Below, piece by piece: positions 19,214 to 29,227 of a DNA stretch of 64,000 bases. The position numbers and the translations under genes are program-made. The notes beneath the pieces are model-generated. The model was given only the letters and a program-made list of their open reading frames with translations. It made no database searches and was not told the origin of the DNA. How positions within the stretch are numbered: the stretch's first letter is position 1; the number at the start of each line of letters is the position of its first letter. This DNA is from Dehalococcoidia bacterium (GTDB taxonomy: Bacteria; Chloroflexota; Dehalococcoidia; Lucifugimonadales; UBA3495): assembly GCA_965232815.1 (NCBI GenBank), contig OZ247427.1:529970-593969 (forward strand), given 5' to 3'.

Positions 19214-20254
19214 ATGGAATTTGCCCTTTTTTCTCATATACCCTGGCCTGAGCAATATACGCCGAAGGGTCTGTACTCGGATTTGACCGAGCAGGCGACC
19301 GTGGGCGAAGAGCTCGGGTTCAAGGCGATCTGGCTGGCCGAGCACCACTTTACCCGGTACGGTCTCGGAGCGTCTTCGCTCATCATTGCGAGCAACATCG
19401 CGGCCAGGACCGATCGGATCCGGCTCGGGACCGCAGTGCTGATTCCGCCGCTCCATCACCCGGTGAGGCTGGCCGAGGATACGGCAACGCTGGACGTGCT
19501 CAGTGATGGCCGGCTGGACGTGGGCTTCGGCAGGGGCGCGGCATCGTCGGAATACGCGAATTTTGGCATAGACCACGCCGAGAGCCAGGCGCGGTACCGC
19601 GAAACCATCCAGATGGTCGAGGCTCTGTGGACCAACCGCGACTACACGTTTGAGGGCGAGTTCCACACCGCTAAAAACGTCAACCTGGTGCCGACGCCTT
19701 TGCAGGACCCGCACCCCCCGGTGTACGTGGCAGCCACTCGGAGCCTGGAGTCCCTGGATTTCGTGGCCTCCACCGGGCGGCGCCTGATAGTCGGCGTGGT
19801 GTTGAATACCACCGACGCAATCGACCTGTTGCAACGATTTTTGCAGCTGTCCGAACAGGCTGGACACGGAGTGACCGCCTCGGACGTGCCGTTTTTCCGA
19901 TACTGCTACGTGGCCGAAACCGAGGAGCAGGCGCACCGGGAGGCGCGCGATGCGCTGAACTGGACGCTGGACATCAACACCTGGCGCCGTGAATTCTCGG
20001 TGGGCAGCGAGGTGTATGAGTCGATGGCGGATTATCTCAACCGGCGCACCGAGCTACCGCCCAGCTACGAGTATCTGGCGGAGAACCGCGCGTTCATCGG
20101 TTCCCCGGACCAGTGCGCCGCCAAGATCCAGGAACTGTACGATGCCGGGGTGCGGTACTTGGGCTGCAACTTCGCGTTCGGCGGGTTGGATCAAAGCAAG
20201 CAGCTCAAATCAATGGAGCTTTTCGCCAAAGAGGTGATGCCGCGCTTCGCCTGA
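19214..20254 (+). CDS. LLM class flavin-dependent oxidoreductase (luciferase-like)
   Basis: WLAEHHF, RIRLGTAV, HPVRLAED.ATLD.LS.GRLD.GFGRG; AGGAG RBS before ATG 19214. Confidence 0.92.
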   Translation: MEFALFSHIPWPEQYTPKGLYSDLTEQATVGEELGFKAIWLAEHHFTRYGLGASSLIIASNIAARTDRIRLGTAVLIPPLHHPVRLAEDTATLDVLSDGRLDVGFGRGAASSEYANFGIDHAESQARYRETIQMVEALWTNRDYTFEGEFHTAKNVNLVPTPLQDPHPPVYVAATRSLESLDFVASTGRRLIVGVVLNTTDAIDLLQRFLQLSEQAGHGVTASDVPFFRYCYVAETEEQAHREARDALNWTLDINTWRREFSVGSEVYESMADYLNRRTELPPSYEYLAENRAFIGSPDQCAAKIQELYDAGVRYLGCNFAFGGLDQSKQLKSMELFAKEVMPRFA

Positions 20255-20265
20255 GCGCAGGGTTG

Positions 20266-21777
20266 CTAGTCGTCGCCGTTGCCGCTGGCTGACGGCGACG
20301 GCTCGGCCGGCTGGACTGGCGCGGCCGGCTGGGTCGGGCGCCTGGACGTAATAGCGCGGTAGATGGATATGACGACCCCGGTTCCCACCGCGCAGCCCAT
20401 GGCCAGGTAAGCCCACCGCAATCCCGCCACGAACGCGGTGGCGACGCTGGGATCCACGGCCTCCAGCTTGGGCTCCACGCCGTAGGTTGCCATGGTGGAA
20501 ACGACGATGGTGGTGGAAACGGCCACGCTGACCACATTGGCCGAATTGCGGATGAGTTGGGTGAGCGCGGACACCACGCCGTAGCGGCTGCGGTCGACCA
20601 CGCTGATGATGCTGCTGCTATTGGGGGAGTTGAACACGGCGTTCCCCGAGCTCTGCAGCATCATGGTGGCGATAACAAACCACACCGCCGACCGTTCCTG
20701 CAGTGCGAAGGCCAGCAAAAGGGCGCCGGCCGCGCTCATGGAGAGGCCTACCACGGTGAACACATGCCATCCGAACCGGTCGGACAGGCGTCCGCTGGGC
20801 GGACCCAGGATAACCATGCACAGGGCCGCCGGGATCATCATCAGTCCCACCTGCTCCGGCGCATACCCCAGGACGCGTTGCAGGTAGAACGGCATCAGGA
20901 AGCGAGCCGCTGAGGTCCCGAAGAAGGACAACCAGGCGGATGCGGCTCCGATGCCAAATACGCGGTCGGCGAACAGTCTCAAATCCAGCATCGGCGCTGC
21001 GGTTCTCAACTCCCACCAGACGAAGACGCCCATCAGGATGGCTACCACAGCGGCTCCGATTATGACCGGCGCAGACAGCCAGCCCAGGCTGTTTCCGTTT
21101 CCGACCACCAGCAGCAGAACCAGCAGGATGATTCCGGACGTGGCCGCGCCGATCCAGTCAAAAGCGGAGCTGCGAGGTCGTTCGCTACCGCCGACGGCAG
21201 GGCCGCGCTCCAGCAGGAACCAGGACAGGACCAGGACTATGCACCCCGCAGGAACGTTGACGAAAAAGACGGATTGCCAGCCCAACCACGCAACCAGGAA
21301 GCCGCCCATGGCGGGCCCCGCGATTGCGCCCAGTCCCACCACGCTCAGGTGAGTGCCCAGCGCCTTGCCCCGTTCCGCGTCGGTGAATGCGGCGAGCATC
21401 ATGCCCATGCCGCAGCCCTGCACCATGCCGGCGCCGATACCCTTGCAAACGCGCATTGCGATCAAGAATTCCAGGGTTGGAGCAAAGGTGGCGGCGAGAG
21501 ATGCGACTACGAAGATTGCCGTCCCGGTTATGTACACCCGGCGGCGTCCGACCACATCCCCCAGGCGGCCCATAGGCAGGAGAAGAACGCTGATTACCAG
21601 GGCGTAGGAGATCACCACCCACTGGACAGATTCCAGCGTGGCATCGAAGTGAGATTCAATTCCGGGCAGCGCGATGAGGACACTGCCGTGGTCAACGACA
21701 GAGAAGAACGTGCCCAGTGCGATGGTCCAGAAGTTCCACCACTTATAGGCACTGCTGGTTGCGATCCGCTGTATCAA
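20266..21777 (-). CDS. MFS transporter, DHA2/EmrB-like (14 TM)
   Basis: GRLGDVVGRRR motif A, ERGKALG, GPAMGG..WQSVFFVNVP, PMLDLRLF. Confidence 0.9.
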   Translation of the reverse strand: MIQRIATSSAYKWWNFWTIALGTFFSVVDHGSVLIALPGIESHFDATLESVQWVVISYALVISVLLLPMGRLGDVVGRRRVYITGTAIFVVASLAATFAPTLEFLIAMRVCKGIGAGMVQGCGMGMMLAAFTDAERGKALGTHLSVVGLGAIAGPAMGGFLVAWLGWQSVFFVNVPAGCIVLVLSWFLLERGPAVGGSERPRSSAFDWIGAATSGIILLVLLLVVGNGNSLGWLSAPVIIGAAVVAILMGVFVWWELRTAAPMLDLRLFADRVFGIGAASAWLSFFGTSAARFLMPFYLQRVLGYAPEQVGLMMIPAALCMVILGPPSGRLSDRFGWHVFTVVGLSMSAAGALLLAFALQERSAVWFVIATMMLQSSGNAVFNSPNSSSIISVVDRSRYGVVSALTQLIRNSANVVSVAVSTTIVVSTMATYGVEPKLEAVDPSVATAFVAGLRWAYLAMGCAVGTGVVISIYRAITSRRPTQPAAPVQPAEPSPSASGNGDD

Positions 21778-21892
21778 GTCGCCCCGGCCGGCTTTACCCC
21801 ACGGCGGGATAATTCAAGGAGTGGTCTAATATCATACTCGCAAATCAGGCTTTTGGCCCGTGTGCGCCGAATATCGCTGGGAGCCGGCGCGA

Positions 21893-23146
21893 TCATGGCA
21901 GTTGCCGCACCCGACCCAGGGAGGCGGCGCATACCAGGGACAGCACAAGGCCCAGCACCCCGACGATGGCTATCGCCGTTACCGGAGATGTTTCGTCGGA
22001 CAGTGTCCCCACGCCCAAGCTGGCGACGACCAGGAATCCCCGGTCGAAGCTCTGGAGACTGGTGAGGCGGCCACGCAATCGGTCAGGGGCCAGGGTTTGT
22101 ATGAGTGTGCCGCGGGCGGTGCGGAAGACGGCCTGGCTGAACGCCATGGCGGCGATGACGATGAATGCCAGCGCCAGCAGGTGCGAGAAGGCGAACAGCA
22201 GGCAGGTGATTGAACTCACCGCGGCTGCACCCAGGACCACCTTGCCCTTGTCGAACACGAAGCCGAAACTCGCCATGAACAACGCCGCCAGAAAACCGCC
22301 GATGCCGGTCACCGCCAGGAGATATCCGCCGACGTCGGCATCCCGCATGAGCACGTCGGTAGTGAACACGGGCAGCAGGAACCAGGTGGGATGGAGGATG
22401 ATGTTGGGGATGACTGACAGCAGCATCATCTGGAATATGGCCCGCTCGCCGCTCCACACGTATCGAATCCCCTCCACCATGTTGGCGATGGCGGAACCGC
22501 GCGCGCGTGCGTCGCCCTGCTGATAGTAGGGAGTACGCATCGGCAACAGCATCATCACGTTGGCCAAGTAGAGGCTTGCCTCGATGGTGAAATTCCAGAA
22601 GAACCCCAGGGTGAAGATGAGAATGCCGCCGAAGAAAGGGCCGAAAATGCGTGTGCCGGTGATGGTGAGCACGTTGGCGGCAAGGGCGTTGCCCAGCATG
22701 TCTCGGGGAACGGTGGCCGCGATGAGGGCCTGGCGCATGGGTTGAGCCATGGAGTGACAAACGCCGGCCAGGATGACGTAGAGGTACGCATGCCAGACCG
22801 TCACCCGATCCGACAGCACCAGCAACGCGAAGCTGAAAGCGAGGCCGGCCATAACCAACTGGAAGGCGATCACCAGTCGGCGACGGTCGAAACGGTCGCT
22901 GAGCACGCCGCCCCAGGGTCCCACTACCAGGCCGGGAAGGGTGTTGATACCTCCGACCGTGACGACCAGCAGTCCGGCCACGGCTGAACCCTCGGCCAGT
23001 TCGCGGACCAGCCAGCCGACGCTGAGCAGTTGGAGCCACTGGGCGCTGTTGGCGAAAAAGTTGCCGCACCAAAGCAGGCGATAGTCGCGGTAGCCCAGCC
23101 AGGCGTCCAGGGTATGCAGGCGCGGGAAACGCGCTCTCCGGAATAT
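21893..23146 (-). CDS. MFS transporter (EntS/MFS_3-like), probable non-canonical ATA start
   Basis: Homology to the adjacent paralogue extends 55 codons upstream of the first GTG (22981) to ATA at 23146. AAGAGG RBS lies 7 nt upstream and an in-frame TAA at 23159-23161. GVLSDRFDRRR motif. Confidence 0.82.
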   Translation of the reverse strand: MFRRARFPRLHTLDAWLGYRDYRLLWCGNFFANSAQWLQLLSVGWLVRELAEGSAVAGLLVVTVGGINTLPGLVVGPWGGVLSDRFDRRRLVIAFQLVMAGLAFSFALLVLSDRVTVWHAYLYVILAGVCHSMAQPMRQALIAATVPRDMLGNALAANVLTITGTRIFGPFFGGILIFTLGFFWNFTIEASLYLANVMMLLPMRTPYYQQGDARARGSAIANMVEGIRYVWSGERAIFQMMLLSVIPNIILHPTWFLLPVFTTDVLMRDADVGGYLLAVTGIGGFLAALFMASFGFVFDKGKVVLGAAAVSSITCLLFAFSHLLALAFIVIAAMAFSQAVFRTARGTLIQTLAPDRLRGRLTSLQSFDRGFLVVASLGVGTLSDETSPVTAIAIVGVLGLVLSLVCAASLGRVRQLP

Positions 23147-23253
23147 CTCGTTGCCTCTTTATTTCTTTATGCGATGAAACGGGCTATCAATTATATGCGC
23201 ATCACGGCGCGATCCGATCCGATGACCCGCACGGTACCCGCGAGTGCAGGTGG

Positions 23254-24519
23254 CTAGCTCAGGGCACGTACGCGGGGCAGGGTCGCCAGGCATGCCAGGG
23301 TCATGCTGAGTCCCAGGAGCCCGATGGCAAGTATCGCTATGGATGCGTCGGTGAAGTCGGCGAGGATACCCACCGCAATGCTCACGCCGATGAGGGATGA
23401 ACGCTCGTAAGCCAGGAGGGCCATGGTTCGGGCCCGATACTGGTCGGGAACAATGGTCAGCACCAGCGTGCCCGCAGTGGTGCGGAAGTAGGCCTGGAAA
23501 AATGACATGACGGCCAGCACCGTGAACGCGGCCCAGAGCCATGAACACTGCGAGAAGAGCATGGTGCTCAGCGACCCCAGAATCGTGGTGGCGAACAGGA
23601 TATGGCCGCGCTTGGTGGGGAACCCCCAGGTTGCAATGCACAACGTGGAGATGAGCCCGCCCACGCCGGTGATCGCCAACAGGTAGCCGCCCATATCGGC
23701 GTGGGCCTGCAAGACCTCAACCGTGAACAGAGGCAGCAAGAACCACAGGGGATGCAGGATGGTGTTCGGGACCACGGAAAGCAGGGCGATATGCAGGACT
23801 TCCCGCTGTTCGCGCCACAGATGCCGCAAGCCGTCGCGGATATCGGCGATGGGCGTGATGCGCCGTCGCGGCCCGGCGGACTCGTTGGACACGTTGGACA
23901 CGTATGGGGTGCGCATCCGGATGAGCATCAGGACGACGCCCAGGTACAGTGCAGCCTCCAACGCGAAATTCCAGAAAAAGCCGATGCTGGCGATCAGGAT
24001 GCCGCCCACGAACGGCCCGAATATGCGGGTGCCGGTAACGGTCAGCGTGTTGATGGCGTAGGCATTGGTCAGGGCTCCGCGAGGCACCGTGTTGGAGATC
24101 ATCACCTGTTGTAACGGCTGGGTGATGGCGAGGCAGGAGCCGGATACCAGGACGTACGCGTAAGCGTGCCAGGGCCGGATGTAATCCGTGTCGACCAGGA
24201 ACGCGAAACAGAGCGCCAACGCGGCCGCGACGGACTGGACCACGATGGCGAGTTTTCGCCGATCAAGCCGGTCCCCCAGCACTCCGGTGAGCGGGTTCAC
24301 CACCAGACCGGGGAGGGTGTTGAGGGCGCTGGCGGACAGGACCAACAATCCGCCCACGCTCGATCCGGCGGATAGCTCCTTGACCAGCCATCCGATGCTC
24401 AGGAGTTGGAGCCATTGGCCGGTAAACGCGAAGAAATTACCGAACCACAGGAATCGGAAATCGCGGTACGCTATCCACGAATCCATCGTGTGCAGGCGCG
24501 GAAATCGTATGCCGAAAAT
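23254..24519 (-). CDS. MFS transporter (EntS/MFS_3-like), probable ATT start (alternative ATG at 24486)
   Basis: GVLGDRLDRRK motif; GAGGT RBS 6 nt before ATT; RFPRLHT shared with the paralogue upstream of the ATG. Confidence 0.82.
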   Translation of the reverse strand: MFGIRFPRLHTMDSWIAYRDFRFLWFGNFFAFTGQWLQLLSIGWLVKELSAGSSVGGLLVLSASALNTLPGLVVNPLTGVLGDRLDRRKLAIVVQSVAAALALCFAFLVDTDYIRPWHAYAYVLVSGSCLAITQPLQQVMISNTVPRGALTNAYAINTLTVTGTRIFGPFVGGILIASIGFFWNFALEAALYLGVVLMLIRMRTPYVSNVSNESAGPRRRITPIADIRDGLRHLWREQREVLHIALLSVVPNTILHPLWFLLPLFTVEVLQAHADMGGYLLAITGVGGLISTLCIATWGFPTKRGHILFATTILGSLSTMLFSQCSWLWAAFTVLAVMSFFQAYFRTTAGTLVLTIVPDQYRARTMALLAYERSSLIGVSIAVGILADFTDASIAILAIGLLGLSMTLACLATLPRVRALS

Positions 24520-24594
24520 GAAGGTACCTCGAACCCGGATCGCGGATGGCAATGTGCCAGAAAAGTCAGCGTACGCAAGGACCGGGGCCGCAAC

Positions 24595-24623
24595 ATAGTG
24601 CGCCGGCCACATGGGGTTGTCAA
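24595..24623 (-). promoter_or_regulatory. Putative sigma70 promoter of the MFS cluster
   Basis: TTGACA-N17-CACTAT. Confidence 0.55.
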
Positions 24624-24776
24624 TGGCAACACGCCGCGTCGAATTTGGCTGCTCGCGCCGGGATCAGAGCAGGGTTCCGCAGCGGAACCATCGGGTGCCT
24701 GTGGTATGATTTGCCAAAGTACACTGCGATTCAGGAGCGCCGACGGCGTAGTTGATGCAGATTCGAGGCTGTTCTG

Positions 24777-26225
24777 ATGACGATGGTTGGCGGCAACACC
24801 CACCCGAATGACACCCAAAGTAACGACCGGGCGCTGATCGCCCACCTGCTGCGGCGCGCGGGCTTCGGCGCCACGCCGGCGGAATTGGACAAGTATTGTT
24901 CGTGGGGATACGACGCCACCGTGGAATGGCTGCTGCACCCTGAGGCGCAGCCGGGCTTGGATGAGGACATCATCGAGCGGTACTACATCGACTGGAAGGA
25001 GAGCCGCAACATCGAAGGCGCGCTCACCGAAACGGTCTTCCGCATGAACGGCAACGCCTCGACGAGGCCTTTGCAGGAAAAGGTCGCGCTGTTCTGGCAC
25101 GGTGTCTTCGCCACGGGGTTGGCGAAGGTGCTGCACGAAAAGACCATGCTGAACCAGATCGATCTGTTTCGCGAGCACGGACTGGGCAGCTTCCAGCCAT
25201 TGTTGGAACGGCTGGCCCGCGATCCCGCCATGATTTTCTGGTTGGACAATAACTTCAACCACAAGGACGCCATCAACGAGAACTGGGGCCGGGAGTTGCT
25301 GGAACTGTTCTCCCTGGGCGTCGGGATGGACGGCAAGGAGAACTACACCGAGGATGACGTGCAGGAGGCGGCCCGGGCGTTTACCGGCTGGACCATCGAC
25401 GACGATAACGTGGCCAGCATCCCGTTCGGCAAGACGCCGTGGCTGTTCCGTTACGATCCTGACGACCATGACGACGGCGAAAAGACCTTCCTGGGAGAGA
25501 CCGGCAACTTCAACGGCGACGATATCATCGAGATAATCTGCCGCCAGCCATCGACGGCACGGTTCATCAGCCGGCACATGTACAACTTCTTCGTGGCGGA
25601 CGACGTGCAGGTTCCCGCGTGGCAGAGTACGCCGCCGGCGGATCCCGAAGCCATCGCCATCCTGGAAGCGGAGTATTTCCGGTCGGGTTACGACATTCGG
25701 TCCATGTTGAGGACGATGTTCACGTCGGATTTCTTCAAGTCGGAAACGGCGCGGTTTGCCAGGGTCAAGAGCCCCGCTGAGGTCGTGGTCGGCACGCTGC
25801 ACCTGGTGGGCGACCTGAAATTCCCCCGCGCCGGCGTGATGGACACGGCGCTGGAATGTCGGTACATGAACCAGGATCTGCTGAACCCGCCGTCGGTGGA
25901 AGGCTGGCACACGGGCAAGGAATGGATCGACAGCGGCAGCATGGTCGAGCGTATCAATTTCGTGGCCGACGAACTGGGCAATGCCGAACATTCCGGCGTC
26001 CGAAGCATGGTTGACGCGTTGACCAGCCGGGGGCCGACCATGGATGCCAACGGCATCGTGGACGGGTGCCTGGAACTCCTGGGCCACGTGGTGTTGCGGG
26101 ACGACAACCGCACGGCGCTGGTGGCGCAGGCTGCGGAAATGCTCGAAAACGGCGCCGACGCTGAATCGGTGATACTGAACGCGCTGCGCATGATCGGGTC
26201 CACCAGGGAATACCAGTTCGCGTAG
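24777..26225 (+). CDS. DUF1800 domain protein
   Basis: HLLRRAGFG, LQEKVALFWHG.FAT, DPAMIFWLDN, NENWGRELLELFSLG, PPSVEGW. Confidence 0.9.
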   Translation: MTMVGGNTHPNDTQSNDRALIAHLLRRAGFGATPAELDKYCSWGYDATVEWLLHPEAQPGLDEDIIERYYIDWKESRNIEGALTETVFRMNGNASTRPLQEKVALFWHGVFATGLAKVLHEKTMLNQIDLFREHGLGSFQPLLERLARDPAMIFWLDNNFNHKDAINENWGRELLELFSLGVGMDGKENYTEDDVQEAARAFTGWTIDDDNVASIPFGKTPWLFRYDPDDHDDGEKTFLGETGNFNGDDIIEIICRQPSTARFISRHMYNFFVADDVQVPAWQSTPPADPEAIAILEAEYFRSGYDIRSMLRTMFTSDFFKSETARFARVKSPAEVVVGTLHLVGDLKFPRAGVMDTALECRYMNQDLLNPPSVEGWHTGKEWIDSGSMVERINFVADELGNAEHSGVRSMVDALTSRGPTMDANGIVDGCLELLGHVVLRDDNRTALVAQAAEMLENGADAESVILNALRMIGSTREYQFA

Positions 26226-26277
26226 CGGGACGCCGGCCGGACCACCAACCAGACTCCTCCACCGAGGATATGCACCC

Positions 26278-27486
26278 ATGACCATCCGGCTGGAACCCGT
26301 ACCCGCGTCGGCGGCGCGCGCAATGAGCGCCGAGTCCCTGGCGCTGGTTGAAACCGCGGACCACCTGTCCAGGGATCGGTTTGCCGGTCGAGCGGCCGGC
26401 TACGATGCGGCGTCCGAGTTCCCTTCTGAAAACTACGAGGACCTCGGCGCAGCAGGGCTGTTGGGGCTGCGTGTTCCCAAGGATTACGGCGGGCTGGATG
26501 TTGACCCACTCACCTACGCCATGTGCATCCTCTCGGTGGCGCGCGGCTGTGCCTCCACCGGGCTTACCCTGACAATGCACACCAACGTGCTGGGATCGTT
26601 CGTGGGCGGCCTGGGAACGCCCGAGCAACGGGACTGGTACTTCCGGGAAGCGATCGATGACGGAAGGCTGTTCGCGTCCATCACCAGCGAACCCGGAGCG
26701 TCGGCGCGAGATCGGTTCGTGCTATCGACGACATTTGCTCCGCTTGGTGACGGCGGATACCGGGTGTCGGGCACCAAGCATTTCTGCTCGCTGGCGGACG
26801 CCGCGGACTACTTTTTCGTGTCCGGGATCGTTGCTGACAGCGGTGGAGGCTCCGACAACATCATTTCCGCGATGATCCGCAGCGACATGAGCGGCGTCGA
26901 GGTGACCGAACAGTGGGACGCTGTAGGCATGCGGGCCACGTCCAGCCACACGGTGTCCTACAACACGGTTGCGCCGGCCCACGCGGTTTTCGGACCGCCC
27001 GGCCGGATCCTGAGCGCGGACTGGGGCAGCTTTTCCATTGGGTATGCAGCGGTTTACCTGGGAATCGCAGAGGCCGCATACGAGCACATCACCGACTACG
27101 TGAGCGAAAAGACCTGGACTCCCGGGGCCGACACCATCATCAATCACCCGGGCACCCAGAAGGCCATCGGTGAAATGTCGGTCGCCATCCAGTCCGGAAG
27201 ACTGCTGCTGGTGGACGCGGCCCTGACGGATCGCAACGCCGATCCCACTGGCGCCGTACTGGCGGTAAACCGGGCCAAGCAGTACTGCGCGGAGGTGGGC
27301 GCATCGGTGACCGACGCGGCGATGCGACTGGCCGGCGGCGGCGGGTTGCTGAAATCGTCGCCGCTGGAGCGACTGCGGCGCGACGCCCTGTCGGGTCCCG
27401 TGATGCCGCCGGCCAATGACCGGTGCCTGGAAACCATCGGCAAGCTCGAATGCGGTCTGCCGGCGGTCACCATCGAGTTAACGTGA
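26278..27486 (+). CDS. Acyl-CoA dehydrogenase-fold flavoprotein
   Basis: GLLGLRVPKDYGG, SEPG, SGTKHFCS, WDAVGMRATSS, LERLRRDA. Confidence 0.87.
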   Translation: MTIRLEPVPASAARAMSAESLALVETADHLSRDRFAGRAAGYDAASEFPSENYEDLGAAGLLGLRVPKDYGGLDVDPLTYAMCILSVARGCASTGLTLTMHTNVLGSFVGGLGTPEQRDWYFREAIDDGRLFASITSEPGASARDRFVLSTTFAPLGDGGYRVSGTKHFCSLADAADYFFVSGIVADSGGGSDNIISAMIRSDMSGVEVTEQWDAVGMRATSSHTVSYNTVAPAHAVFGPPGRILSADWGSFSIGYAAVYLGIAEAAYEHITDYVSEKTWTPGADTIINHPGTQKAIGEMSVAIQSGRLLLVDAALTDRNADPTGAVLAVNRAKQYCAEVGASVTDAAMRLAGGGGLLKSSPLERLRRDALSGPVMPPANDRCLETIGKLECGLPAVTIELT

Positions 27487-27536
27487 ACACTGGCGACTAA
27501 ACACAAAATTCCGTTTCCTGGAGTTGTAGAGGATAT

Positions 27537-28526
27537 ATGACTACGGTAGTCGAGTACCCGCTATCGGTTGCGGGGATGTTTCAGTACCACAACGTGATCG
27601 GGCTGCTTTCGGGCAGTGGACCGGGATTCAGCGGGCCGGTGTCGTTGGCACTGGGACGCGACGGTCTGCTGTACGTAGCGAGCCGCGCTAACCCAAACCA
27701 ACCCGAGGGGGTCAGGGTCACGAGGTGCACGTTTGACGGCGACTACGTGGGCGAGTTTTCCAACTGGGGTGAAGGGCCCGGACAATTCATCTGGATTACA
27801 GAAATTCGTTTCGGGCCGGACGGGAACGTGTACCTGTCCGACGAGAACACCCATCGAATCAGCGTGTTCACTCCGGAAGGCGAATTCCTCCGCTGCTGGG
27901 GCGAGTTCGGAGCCGATCCCGGGCAGTTGAACCGTCCGTCCGGGATGGCGTTTGCTCCGGATGGAACATTGCTGGTGGTGGACTCTCTGAACAACCGCGT
28001 GCAGCGGTACACGACCGACGGCGAGTATCTGGCCGGTTGGGGAGCCGAAGGCGAGGGCCCCGGGCAATTCCGGATGCCGTGGGCCGTGGCCGTCGACGCT
28101 ACCGGAGACGTGTACGTAACCGACTGGCGCAACAACCGGGTGCAGAAATTCGACCCCGCCGGTGGGTATATTACAGAGTTCGACGGACGGGACGGCGGCG
28201 ACGGTTTTGAGCGGCCCAACGGATTGACAGCGGACAACGACGGCTGCATATACGTTTGCGACTGGCAGAACGACCGGGTGCAGGTGCTGGCCCCCGACGG
28301 CCGCGTGATGGACACACTCATCGGCCATTCGGGAACGTCCAAGTGGGCGCGCACCTTCCTCAACGCGAACCCCGACATCGAGGCAAAGCTCAACGCCGCG
28401 ACCCAGAACATCGAACTGAAGCGACGGTTCTACCGGCCGCGAGCGGTTACGGTGAGCGACGACGGCCTGGTGTTCGTGGCCGACTGCTACCGCCACCGGG
28501 TGCAGATATACCGCCGGCTGGGTTAG
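27537..28526 (+). CDS. NHL-repeat beta-propeller protein
   Basis: Repeated G..PGQF..P..A.D..G.VYV.D..NNRVQ.F units. Confidence 0.9.
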   Translation: MTTVVEYPLSVAGMFQYHNVIGLLSGSGPGFSGPVSLALGRDGLLYVASRANPNQPEGVRVTRCTFDGDYVGEFSNWGEGPGQFIWITEIRFGPDGNVYLSDENTHRISVFTPEGEFLRCWGEFGADPGQLNRPSGMAFAPDGTLLVVDSLNNRVQRYTTDGEYLAGWGAEGEGPGQFRMPWAVAVDATGDVYVTDWRNNRVQKFDPAGGYITEFDGRDGGDGFERPNGLTADNDGCIYVCDWQNDRVQVLAPDGRVMDTLIGHSGTSKWARTFLNANPDIEAKLNAATQNIELKRRFYRPRAVTVSDDGLVFVADCYRHRVQIYRRLG

Positions 28527-28559
28527 TGCCTAACCGGAGCACGGAAACCCAGGGAGGCA

Positions 28560-28835
28560 ATGATGGGATGGCGAGACTTGAGTGCGGAGGAAGCGGAGGA
28601 GATTGGGAGGCACGTGTATCAGAGCAAAGTGCGACCGACGCTGAAGGGAGGCGAAGAGCCGATAGGACACTTCCTTGCCGTTGATCACGATAGCCGGGAC
28701 TGGGAATTGGACGAGTACCATCACCAAGCGGCGCGCCGCTTGCGAACGCGTTGCCCAGATGCAGACGTTTATACTTTCAAGGTAGGTTATCCGGCTGCGT
28801 ATGAATCGTTGGGCTTATGGTCGACCCATAGATGA
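28560..28835 (+). CDS. Small hypothetical protein (DUF5678-like by eye), coupled to downstream protease
   Basis: GGGAGG RBS; stop overlaps the next start (ATGA); pattern G..VY...VRP..GHFLAVD..S.DWE..A.RL..R.PDA. Confidence 0.75.
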   Translation: MMGWRDLSAEEAEEIGRHVYQSKVRPTLKGGEEPIGHFLAVDHDSRDWELDEYHHQAARRLRTRCPDADVYTFKVGYPAAYESLGLWSTHR

Positions 28836-29209
28836 TCGTTGGCAAGGTCGACCAATTTCATAGGCCGTCGATCTCGTTGGTGTTGGTAGGCGAAGACGGT
28901 CAAGAGTGGTCGATCGAAGCTCAAGTAGACACCGGGTTCAGCGGTGAACTAACATTGCCGATGTCGGCGATAGAACGGTTGGGAATAGAGAGTTCCGGTA
29001 TCACCACGTATCGTTTGGGAGACGGCTCATTGACGCCGTTTGACAGCTACGATGCCACTATCCGATGGGCAGATCGTGTCAGGCACGTCACCGCTTTGGT
29101 TTCCGAAAACTTTCCCTTGATCGGCGTGGGGCTACTTTGGGGAACCAACCTGTCGGTGGATTTCAGGAACGGCGGCGACGTTGCCGTCACGGAACTCGCG
29201 AACGCCTAG
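28832..29209 (+). CDS. Clan AA (retropepsin-like) aspartic protease, AF_0612-like
   Basis: Catalytic VDTGFSGEL, LGDGS flap, PLIGVGLL; 125-aa single domain. Confidence 0.85.
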   Translation: MIVGKVDQFHRPSISLVLVGEDGQEWSIEAQVDTGFSGELTLPMSAIERLGIESSGITTYRLGDGSLTPFDSYDATIRWADRVRHVTALVSENFPLIGVGLLWGTNLSVDFRNGGDVAVTELANA

Positions 29210-29227
29210 ATGCAAAAGGAGCGAATT

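Noticed and set aside
24520-24612. Upstream ATG (24612) for the MFS gene
   Set aside because: It lies inside the spacer of the predicted TTGACA-N17-CACTAT promoter, has no SD, and the extension has no counterpart in the paralogue.
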